From NCBI GenBank assembly GCA_035623615.1, contig DASPTB010000227.1, forward strand, positions 1 through 63,146: DNA of 63,146 nucleotides, written 5' to 3'. Below the pieces are notes generated by a model. The model ran no database searches and was not told the origin of the DNA. It saw nothing but the letters and a program-made list of their open reading frames with translations. The translations under genes and the position numbers were made by a program. Positions 8,658-16,541 of this stretch are shown here, in pieces. This DNA is from Actinomycetota bacterium. GTDB taxonomy: Bacteria > Actinomycetota > UBA4738. Positions within the stretch are counted from its first letter, which is position 1. The number at the start of each line of letters is the position of its first letter.

Positions 8658-9469
8658 GCCTCCTCGGTCGCGACGACGGAGCGCCGCTGCGGCTTCCACC
8701 CGGGTCGCGGAACGCTGGCCCGGAGCTGCTTGGTGTAGTCGTCCTGCGGGTCGTCGAGCACGCGCCCGGTGGCGCCGCGCTCGACGACCCGGCCCCGCCA
8801 CATCACGATCGTCTCCTCCGCGAGCTGGCGGACCACGGCGAGGTCGTGGCTGATCAGCACGAACGAGACACTCGTCTCGTCGCGGATGTCGGCCAGCAGG
8901 TTCAGCACCTGGGCCTGGATCGAGACGTCGAGCGCGGCCACCGACTCGTCCAGGATGAGGATGCGCGGCTCGGCGGCCAGAGCTCGGGCGATCGCGACGC
9001 GCTGGCGCTGCCCGCCGGAGAGACCGCGCGGCAGCGCCCGCGATTGCCGGGCGTCGAGGCCGACGAGATCGGTCAGCTCGCGGACCCGTTCCCGACGACG
9101 CTCCTTCGGCCATCCGTGATGGAGCCGGAGGATCTCGTCGAGCGTCGCCTCGACGGTCTGCCGCGGGTCAAGGCTCGTGTAGGGATCCTGGAAGACGATC
9201 TGGACCTCCCGCCCCCGCCGGCGCCGGTCCGACGCCGACCGCGCCGGCTTCGAGCGGTCGTTGCCACAGGCCACGATCGTTCCCTTCGTCGGCCGCTCGA
9301 GCCCGACGATCATCTTCGCCACCGTCGTCTTCCCCGATCCCGATTCGCCGACGATGGCGAGCGAGCCCGCCTCGGGCAGTGCGAACGACACGTCGTCGAC
9401 GGCCACGAGCTCGCCGAACTCCTTGCGGAGCCCCGCGACCGCCAGCACGGGAGCGGCAGCCTCAGTCAC
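8654..9469 (-). CDS. ABC transporter ATP-binding protein (DppF/OppF-like)
   Basis: It has Walker A GESGSGKTT, signature LSGGQRQRV and Walker B ILILDE. GTG 9469 overlaps the upstream stop. Confidence 0.92.
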   Translation of the reverse strand: MTEAAAPVLAVAGLRKEFGELVAVDDVSFALPEAGSLAIVGESGSGKTTVAKMIVGLERPTKGTIVACGNDRSKPARSASDRRRRGREVQIVFQDPYTSLDPRQTVEATLDEILRLHHGWPKERRRERVRELTDLVGLDARQSRALPRGLSGGQRQRVAIARALAAEPRILILDESVAALDVSIQAQVLNLLADIRDETSVSFVLISHDLAVVRQLAEETIVMWRGRVVERGATGRVLDDPQDDYTKQLRASVPRPGWKPQRRSVVATEEA

Positions 9470-10508
9470 CGGCCGCGACCCCCAGCCGGCCGCGCAGTTC
9501 GCTCGCGCGAACGCATCGCGAGCGCCCGCCGTCGAGGTCGACGAGCTCGGGGACGCCGGTGCGGCACTCGTCGACCGCGTGCGGGCATCGCGGCGCGAAC
9601 GCGCACTCGCCCTGCGGCGCCTCGAAGGCCGACAGCGGCCTGCCCGGGATGGCACGCAGGCGCCTCGCGGACTGCCCGATGTCCGGGCGCGCCGCCGCGA
9701 GCGCCGCCGTGTACGGATGCAGCGGGTCGTCGTGCAGCCGGGCAGCGCTGCGCATCTCGACGAGCTGCCCGGCGTACATGACGACGGTCCGGTCACAGAC
9801 CGCCGCCGCGAGCTCGAGGTCGTGGGTGATGAACAGCATCGCCAGGTCGAACTCCCGCCGGAGGTCGTGCAGGATCGCCATCACCTCGGCCTGCGTGGTG
9901 ACATCGAGCGCCGTGGTCGGCTCGTCGGCGAGGAGGAGTCGCGGCTCGGTCAGCAGAGCCGCCGCGATCATCACCCGCTGGAGCAGGCCCCCCGAAAGCT
10001 CGTGCGGATACTGCCGGAGCCGGCGCTCGCCATCCTCGATGCCGACCTGCGCGAGCATGTGCACGGCTCGGCGTTCGGCCGTCGACCTCGGGACGTCCAG
10101 GTTGGTGCGGAGCGCTTCCGTCATGAAGTCGCCGATACGCCGCACGGGATTCACGTGCGCACGCGGATCCTGGAAGATCATCGCCACCAGTCCCCGGTAG
10201 CGGCGCAGGTCGCCGCCGGTCAGCGAGCCGACCTCACCGCCGTCGAAACGGATGGAGCCGTCCACCTCGGCCCCAGCCGGCAGCAGGCGGTCGATCGCAC
10301 GCGCCGTCATCGACTTGCCCGACCCCGACTCACCGACGAGCCCGAGCGCCTCGCCGCCGCGGATGTCGAAGGACACGTCCCGAAGCACCTCCCGCTGGGC
10401 GCCCTCGACGGGAAGCCGCACCGTCAGTCTTTCGACCTGGAGCAGCGCTGCGTTCGGCCTGTGGCCGGCGGTGGTCGCCGCGCCGGCCACCGGCCTGGAG
10501 GCGCTCAC
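9462..10508 (-). CDS. ABC transporter ATP-binding protein (DppD/OppD-like)
   Basis: It has GESGSGKSM, LSGGLLQRV and LLLADEPTTALD, plus the C-terminal oligopeptide-type extension (HPYT...CAFAPRCP). GTG 10508 overlaps the permease stop (GTGA). Confidence 0.92.
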   Translation of the reverse strand: MSASRPVAGAATTAGHRPNAALLQVERLTVRLPVEGAQREVLRDVSFDIRGGEALGLVGESGSGKSMTARAIDRLLPAGAEVDGSIRFDGGEVGSLTGGDLRRYRGLVAMIFQDPRAHVNPVRRIGDFMTEALRTNLDVPRSTAERRAVHMLAQVGIEDGERRLRQYPHELSGGLLQRVMIAAALLTEPRLLLADEPTTALDVTTQAEVMAILHDLRREFDLAMLFITHDLELAAAVCDRTVVMYAGQLVEMRSAARLHDDPLHPYTAALAAARPDIGQSARRLRAIPGRPLSAFEAPQGECAFAPRCPHAVDECRTGVPELVDLDGGRSRCVRASELRGRLGVAAGD

Positions 10509-11380
10509 TGCCGGGCCTTCTGCGCCTGCTCGAACAGGCGCTCGCCCAGCACGTTGAACGCCACGACGACGAGCACGATGCACAGACCCGGGAGCAGCGC
10601 GGACAACGGGTACCCCTGCACGATCCCCGCCTGGTTCTCGGAGATCATCACGCCCCAGTCCGGGTTGGGCGGCTGCACGCCCAGGCCGAGGAACGAGATC
10701 GCCGCCAGGTCGACCATCGCGTAACCGAAGAGGATCGTCGACTGCGCGACGATCAACGGAAGCATGTTTGGAACGAGATGTTGCATGCAGATCGCCCTTG
10801 CCGACACCCCCTGGACCTCGAGCGCGGCGACGTACTGCTGCGACCTCTCCTTGAGCGCGGCGCCGCGGAGGACGCGCGCGACGTACGGCGTGTACGCGAT
10901 CGCGAGCGCCACGGCGGCCGCGAGCAGGCCGGCCCCGAACACGGACGCGGCGAGCACCGCGAGAAGGATGCCCGGGAACGCGAACATGATGTCGAGCCCC
11001 GATGAGATCGCCGCGTCGACGGCGCCGCGGCGCCACGCCGCGGTCACGGCGAGCACGGTCCCGGCCAGCATGCAAAGGATCACCACCGCCAGCGGTCCGA
11101 GGATGGAGGTGCGGGCCCCCACCAGGAGGCGGGAGAGGAGGTCGCGGCCCTGCCCGTCGAACCCCAGAAGGTGGCCGCCCGTCGGGGCGACCCACGAGAG
11201 CGACAGATCGGAGAGCGTGGGGTCGTACGGCGCGAGCAACGGGCCGAAGATGGCGACCAGCGTGGCGAGCGCGATCACGACGGCGGCGCCGATGCCCACC
11301 GGCCCGGTCGCCTTCAGCAGCGAGAACGCGCCTCGGCGAGGCGTCGCATCAGCGGAAACGGCGGCTGCGGTCGTGCTCAT
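10505..11380 (-). CDS. ABC transporter permease (DppC/OppC-like)
   Basis: It is polytopic with a BPD-type permease core (AYTPYVARVLRGAALKERSQQYVAALEVQG). ATG 11380 overlaps the upstream stop (ATGA). Confidence 0.9.
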   Translation of the reverse strand: MSTTAAAVSADATPRRGAFSLLKATGPVGIGAAVVIALATLVAIFGPLLAPYDPTLSDLSLSWVAPTGGHLLGFDGQGRDLLSRLLVGARTSILGPLAVVILCMLAGTVLAVTAAWRRGAVDAAISSGLDIMFAFPGILLAVLAASVFGAGLLAAAVALAIAYTPYVARVLRGAALKERSQQYVAALEVQGVSARAICMQHLVPNMLPLIVAQSTILFGYAMVDLAAISFLGLGVQPPNPDWGVMISENQAGIVQGYPLSALLPGLCIVLVVVAFNVLGERLFEQAQKARQ

Positions 11381-12330
11381 GCGGCACGGCTGCCCAGCGA
11401 AACGCGGGGATCGAGCACCGCGTACAGGATGTCGACCAGCACGTTCACGACGACGAACGCCGTGACGAGCACGAGCGAGATCCCCTGCACGACGGCGAGA
11501 TCTTTGGACTGCGCCGACCCGACCAGGAATGCCCCGAGCCCGTTCAGACTGAACGCCACTTCCACGACCGCCGCGACCGCGATCAACGACGCGATCGTGA
11601 TGCCCGAGATCGTCGTCACGGGGATGGCGGCGTTTCGAAGGATGTGGCGCCAGATCACCTGGCGCGTCGGGATGCCGCGGCTCACCGCCGTCTGGACGTG
11701 CTCGCGGTTCGACTCCTCGCGAACGGACGCGCGGGTCACGCGGGCGACGATCGCGAGCGACGACACGGCCAGCGCGAACGCCGGAAGCGTCAGGTGCTGG
11801 AGGTTGGACAGGAAGCTGGTGCCGTTGCCGAGCGCCGGGAACCACCCGAGCTTCACGGCGAACAGCAGGATGAGCACGATCGCGGCGACGAACGCCGGAA
11901 TCGCCGCCGATACGGCCGTCACCACCAGCGTGCTGGTATCCAGGGCTCCGTGGCGCAGGCCCGACAGGACGCCGAGCCCGATCCCGACCACCAGGATGAT
12001 GACCGACGCGTACAGGACGAGGCCGGCCGTGGTCCAGATGCGAGAGGCGATCAGCGTGGACACGTTCTCGCGAAGCGTGATCGAGATGCCGAGGTTCCCG
12101 TGGAGCGCGTTCTTCAGCCAGTACCAGTACTGGACCAGGAACGGCTCGTTCAGGTGGTAGCGCTCCTCGAGGACCTTGATGCTGCTCGGCGGGAGCGATC
12201 TCCCGCCGGACAGCGCGGCGATCGGGTTTCCGGGAGCCAGGTACATCGCGGCGAAGATGACGAAGCTCGCCACGAGCAGGCTGGCCAGCAACATCGCCAG
12301 CCTGCGCAGGAGGAAGGACCAGTTGATCAA
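11377..12330 (-). CDS. ABC transporter permease (DppB/OppB-like)
   Basis: The product LINWSFLLRRLAMLLASLLV...YLAPGNP... has a typical DppB N-terminus. TTG 12330 overlaps the binding-protein stop (TTGA). An ATG 12 codons downstream is an alternative start. Confidence 0.88.
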   Translation of the reverse strand: MINWSFLLRRLAMLLASLLVASFVIFAAMYLAPGNPIAALSGGRSLPPSSIKVLEERYHLNEPFLVQYWYWLKNALHGNLGISITLRENVSTLIASRIWTTAGLVLYASVIILVVGIGLGVLSGLRHGALDTSTLVVTAVSAAIPAFVAAIVLILLFAVKLGWFPALGNGTSFLSNLQHLTLPAFALAVSSLAIVARVTRASVREESNREHVQTAVSRGIPTRQVIWRHILRNAAIPVTTISGITIASLIAVAAVVEVAFSLNGLGAFLVGSAQSKDLAVVQGISLVLVTAFVVVNVLVDILYAVLDPRVSLGSRAA

Positions 12331-13979
12331 CTCGAGCCTGTTCCCCCCAAGTTGTCCGCCCACGGGGCGAACATGTACGCGAACGACGCGACGGCCCCGG
12401 TCACGTTCTTGTTGAGGACCAGCAGGTTCGTCGGCTGCACGTTCGGGATCCACGGCAGATCGGTGGCCGCGATCTTCTCGGCGTCCGAGACGAGCGCGGC
12501 CCGCTTGTTCGGGTCGGCGGTGCCGCGCGCCTCGTCGAGATCCGACGTGATCTTCGGGTTGTTGTAGTGGTCGTAGTTCTGCGAACCCGGCGGAAGGACG
12601 AAGGTCGAGAGGAGTGCGGCCGGGTCCGCGTAGTCGCCGTAGTTCACGGTCATGAAGCCGTCCACTCCTGCCCTGGCCTTCGGGTCGATGAAGAAGTTGA
12701 TGTAGTTCTGGGCCGACACGGACTTGAGCTTCACGTTCAGCCCGATCGCCTGGCCGGCGGCCTGGTAGGCCCCGGCGACCGCCGCGATGTTCGCCAGCTG
12801 GCTCGACATGCCGATCGTGATCGTCTTGCCCGCCGCTCCCGCCTCCTGCATGAGCTGCTTGGCCTTGGTGATGTTCTGCGTCATGACGGGCGAACTGTTG
12901 TACGCCGCATCGAACACCGACGTCCCGTAACCGAAGGTGCCGGGATTCGACTGCCAGCGCGGCATCAGGGCCGCGCCCTTGTACACCGAGTCGATGATTC
13001 CCTGGCGATCGAGCGCGAGCGACAGCGCCTGCCGGACCCGGACGTCGCCGAGCGGGCCCTTGAGGTTGTCGATGATGAACGCGTCCGTCGACCATCCGGG
13101 CCCGTCGTAGACCTTCACGTTGGGGCTCGACTTCAGCTGGTCGAGCGTCGGGATCCCGAACTCGTACGCGCCCTGCACGGCCCCTGTCAGCATGCCCGAG
13201 GTGAACGTGTTCACGTCGGAGATGCCCTTGATCAGGATCGACTTGACGAGAGGCTTCACGGCCGAGTTCCAGTAGTGCGGGTTGGCGATGGCCGTCACGC
13301 CGACGCCCGGCTTGAAGGACTGGAACATGTACGGGCCGGTGCACATGATCTTGCCCGCCGGCGTCCCGTAGTTCTTGCCCTGCTGCTCGACGAAGCTCTT
13401 CTCGAGCACCATGCCGGGGATCGACGCCAGCTCGCCCGGAAGCCAGTAGTCGGGCTGCTTCAGCGTGATCGTGACCTGGTTCGAGGACGTCGCCTGGATG
13501 GAGCTCACCCGGTTGAAGACCGCGGGGTAGAACCCCGCGAGCTTCGGGTCGGTGTTGCGATCGAGGCTGTAGACGACGTCGTCGGCGGTGACCGCATCAC
13601 CGTTCCAGAAGGTCACGCCGGGCTTGATCGTGAAGACGAGCGTCGTCGGGCTCGGCGTGGAGAGCGTGGCGATCCCGGGACCGATCGATCCGTTGGGCGC
13701 CTGGCGCAGCAGCGACTCGCACATGAGCGAGTCGGCGGTGTTCTCCGGATAGTCGAACGCGTAGATCGGGTCGAGCGAGTTCACGTCCCGGTAGACCGCC
13801 CATACGACCGAATCGACCGGCGCCGTGCCCGGTGGCGACGTCGTCACGAGGCCCGCCGTCGCCGACGACGCGCCCGGACTCGGCGTCGTCGGCGTCGCCG
13901 ATCGACCGCACGCCGCCGCGACGAGAACCAGCGCGGCCGCACCGGCCGCCGCTCCCAACAGACCGCGTTTCCCTGTCAT
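12327..13979 (-). CDS. ABC transporter substrate-binding lipoprotein, family 5 (peptide/nickel type)
   Basis: ATG 13979 has GGGGAGGGGGA upstream. The lipobox is LVAAAC. The body has the family-5 pattern (VVWAVYRDVNSLDPIYAFDYPENT...). Confidence 0.9.
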   Translation of the reverse strand: MTGKRGLLGAAAGAAALVLVAAACGRSATPTTPSPGASSATAGLVTTSPPGTAPVDSVVWAVYRDVNSLDPIYAFDYPENTADSLMCESLLRQAPNGSIGPGIATLSTPSPTTLVFTIKPGVTFWNGDAVTADDVVYSLDRNTDPKLAGFYPAVFNRVSSIQATSSNQVTITLKQPDYWLPGELASIPGMVLEKSFVEQQGKNYGTPAGKIMCTGPYMFQSFKPGVGVTAIANPHYWNSAVKPLVKSILIKGISDVNTFTSGMLTGAVQGAYEFGIPTLDQLKSSPNVKVYDGPGWSTDAFIIDNLKGPLGDVRVRQALSLALDRQGIIDSVYKGAALMPRWQSNPGTFGYGTSVFDAAYNSSPVMTQNITKAKQLMQEAGAAGKTITIGMSSQLANIAAVAGAYQAAGQAIGLNVKLKSVSAQNYINFFIDPKARAGVDGFMTVNYGDYADPAALLSTFVLPPGSQNYDHYNNPKITSDLDEARGTADPNKRAALVSDAEKIAATDLPWIPNVQPTNLLVLNKNVTGAVASFAYMFAPWADNLGGTGSS

Positions 13980-14102
13980 CCCGTCCCCCTCCCCGTCCGA
14001 CCTCAGGACCACGGCGCACGTTGTTCAACCGAAGGCTACGGAGGGCGCGCCCTTGGCTTCCACCTCATGTACGGACGCGACCGCCTGCTCGGGTTCAGCG
14101 TC

Positions 14103-14131
14103 GTTATATAGGCGTGGGCGAGGCTGGTCAA
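14103..14131 (-). promoter_or_regulatory. Near-consensus sigma70-type promoter TTGACC-N17-TATAAC for the ABC-amidase operon
   Basis: The minus strand reads TTGACC (14131-14126), a 17-nt spacer, then TATAAC (14108-14103). This is an AT-rich island in GC-rich DNA and implies a 5' leader of roughly 117 nt. Confidence 0.45.
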
Positions 14132-14196
14132 AAGGGAGCCGCGGAGCACGCAGGACGAGCCCGCGGCGACTCAGCAGACGAGGGAGTGGGGGCCCT

Positions 14197-14433
14197 TCAG
14201 GAGACGGCGCCGCGATGCAGCCCCGCGAGGCAATCGCGGGCCGCGCGTCCGGCGGGGGTGGCGGGATGCCGCGTCGCGAGGTGCGAGAGGAAGGCGACGG
14301 CCTCCCGGTCGCCGCGCGGCTCTTCGCCGGGCCCGCACTCGGGGCACCAGCTCGCGGGGCGGACGGGGAGCGCGATGACCCGGGCCTGCCCGGCCTCGCC
14401 TTCGGGTGGGGCGGGCTCGGATGCGCTCGACAT
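14197..14433 (-). CDS. Hypothetical small protein (78 aa) with a WCPECG motif
   Basis: This is the ATG 14433 sub-ORF of track ORF 14197..14607. G/C at third positions is very high and consistent with coding. There is no clear SD and I recognise no family. Confidence 0.3.
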   Translation of the reverse strand: MSSASEPAPPEGEAGQARVIALPVRPASWCPECGPGEEPRGDREAVAFLSHLATRHPATPAGRAARDCLAGLHRGAVS

Positions 14434-14562
14434 GCTCAAGGTGTCGACCAGCGCTCCTGGAAGCTTGAGGGAGCGCCCGACGCCGAGCGCCTCGCCCGGC
14501 TCGCGGCCCCGACGCCCGACTAGGCTCGGCCCCATGGCTGCTTGGACGCATTGGGAAGCAGC

Positions 14563-15759
14563 ATGACGCCGATGGCGCTCGCGTCGGCCGGGGGCGCCGT
14601 CTCGCATGCGCTGACGCTCGCGTTCAGCATGGCCTGGGAGATCCTGTGGGCCCTGGTCCTCGGCTTCGCCCTGTCGGCGGGCGTGCAGGCCGTGGTGTCG
14701 AAGTCCGAGATCACCCGGCTCCTTCCCGACGACTCGCCCCGCTCGCTGGCACGAGCCTGCGGCCTCGGCATCGCCTCGTCATCGTGCTCGTACGCCGCGG
14801 TCGCGCTGTCGCGATCGATCTTCATCAAGGGAGCCGACTTCACGTCGTCGATGGCGTTCGAGCTCGCGTCGACCAACCTCGTGATCGAACTCGGCATCCT
14901 GCTGGCCCTGCTCATGGGATGGCAGTTCACACTCGCGGAGTACGTCGGCGGACCGGTGATGATCGTGCTGCTCGCGCTGCTGTTCCGCGCGGTTCTGACG
15001 CCCAGGCTCGTGTCGGCCGCCCGCGCGCAGGCGGACCGCGGCCTGCGCGGACGCATGGAGGGGCATGCCGGGATGGACATGTCGGTGTCGGAGGGCTCGG
15101 TCTGGTCGCGGATCACGTCGGGTCGCGGCTTCACGGCGATCAGCCACTCCTTCGTGATGGACTGGTCGGCGATCCTGCCGGACATCGTCCTCGGACTGCT
15201 CATCGCCGGGGCGCTCGCGGCCTGGGTGCCCGACTCGTTCTGGCAGGGCTTCTTCCTCGAGGGCCACCCGCTCCTGGCGAAGGTCTGGGGTCCGCTGATC
15301 GGACCGCTCGTCGCGATGCTCTCGTTCGTGTGCTCGATCGGGAACGTTCCCCTCGCGGCGGTTCTCTGGAACGGCGGCATCAGCTTCGGCGGCGTGACCG
15401 CGTTCATCTTCGCCGACCTGATCATCCTTCCGATCCTCAACATCTACCGGAAGTACTACGGACGCGGGATGAGCCTGTTCCTGCTCGGCACTCTCTACGC
15501 GACGATGGCGGCGGCAGGGCTGTTCGTCGAGATCCTCTTCGGGTGGCTGGGCCTCGTTCCGACGGAGCGCAACGCCAGGGTCATGGAGGCCGGCGTGCAC
15601 CTCAACTACACGACGGTGCTCAACATCGTCTTCCTCGCGCTCGCCCTCGCGCTCGTGGTGCGGTTCATGCGAACCGGCGGACCGGCGATGCTCCGGATGA
15701 TGAACGAGCCGATGGACGACGGCGGCCACGGCCACCACGACCACGGTCACAGCCACTGA
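14563..15759 (+). CDS. Permease, COG0701/ArsP-like family, with a His-rich C-terminal tail
   Basis: It is polytopic, with GIASSSCSYAAVAL and SFVCSIGNVPLAAVLW motifs. The tail is DDGGHGHHDHGHSH. I chose ATG 14563. The track starts at TTG 14542. Confidence 0.8.
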   Translation: MTPMALASAGGAVSHALTLAFSMAWEILWALVLGFALSAGVQAVVSKSEITRLLPDDSPRSLARACGLGIASSSCSYAAVALSRSIFIKGADFTSSMAFELASTNLVIELGILLALLMGWQFTLAEYVGGPVMIVLLALLFRAVLTPRLVSAARAQADRGLRGRMEGHAGMDMSVSEGSVWSRITSGRGFTAISHSFVMDWSAILPDIVLGLLIAGALAAWVPDSFWQGFFLEGHPLLAKVWGPLIGPLVAMLSFVCSIGNVPLAAVLWNGGISFGGVTAFIFADLIILPILNIYRKYYGRGMSLFLLGTLYATMAAAGLFVEILFGWLGLVPTERNARVMEAGVHLNYTTVLNIVFLALALALVVRFMRTGGPAMLRMMNEPMDDGGHGHHDHGHSH

Positions 15760-15819
15760 CGGCGCCCGCCGGCCGCCGCGCCGCCGGCAGCCGGGCCGGT
15801 GCGGCAAAGAGCCGACGCC

Positions 15820-16512
15820 TCAGGCAGACGCCGTGTCGACGATCTCCGGTGCCGCCACGCGGCCGTCGCGGAGCCACACGCGGCGCGAGGCGCGGGCCGC
15901 GACCGCGCTGTCGTGCGTGACGACGATCAGGATCCGGTCGCGCTCCCGCCAGAGGCTGACGAGCAGCTCCATGATCTCTTCCCGCATGGCCTCGTCCAGG
16001 TTCCCGGTCGGCTCGTCCGCCAGGACGACCTCGGGCTGGCGCACCAGAGCTCGAGCGATCGCGACGCGCTGCTGCTGACCTCCCGACAGCTCCAGCGGGA
16101 AGTGACTCGCTCGGTCCGCCAGCCCGACGGCCTCGAGCTCCTCCATCGCGCGGCGGCGGCGCTCAGACGAGTCGGAGTGGAGCGGAACGAGCGCGGTCTC
16201 GACGTTCTCCTGGGCGGTCAGCGTCGGGATCAGGTTGAACGTCTGGAAGACGAAGCCGAATGACCGGCTGCGAACGTCCGTCAGCTCGCGCTCGCTCATC
16301 TCGCCGAGATCCCGCCCGTTGAACACGACCGAACCCGACGTCGGGCGGTCGAGCCCTCCGAGCATCTGCAGAAGTGTGGTCTTGCCGTGGCCCGTCGGCC
16401 CCTGGACGGCGAGGAACGCTCCGTCGTCGATCCGCATGGTCACGTCCTGCAGCGCCGGGATCACCGTCCCGCCCTTGCGGTAGCTCTTGGCCACGTTCGT
16501 CAACTCGTACAT
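15820..16512 (-). CDS. ABC transporter ATP-binding protein (MacB/LolD-type)
   Basis: Start is ATG 16512 with GGAGGAG upstream. It has Walker A GPTGHGKTT, signature LSGGQQQRV and Walker B VVLADEPTGNLD. Confidence 0.92.
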   Translation of the reverse strand: MYELTNVAKSYRKGGTVIPALQDVTMRIDDGAFLAVQGPTGHGKTTLLQMLGGLDRPTSGSVVFNGRDLGEMSERELTDVRSRSFGFVFQTFNLIPTLTAQENVETALVPLHSDSSERRRRAMEELEAVGLADRASHFPLELSGGQQQRVAIARALVRQPEVVLADEPTGNLDEAMREEIMELLVSLWRERDRILIVVTHDSAVAARASRRVWLRDGRVAAPEIVDTASA

Positions 16513-16541
16513 GGGACGCTCCTCCGGCTGCGTCGAACGCT

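Noticed and set aside
14036-14068. A ten-codon upstream ORF (MRWKPRARPP) in the leader of the ABC-amidase operon, as a possible leader peptide.
   Set aside because: It has no SD or leaderless context. It overlaps the palindrome, which already offers an RNA-structure explanation. Without conservation data it cannot be distinguished from chance.
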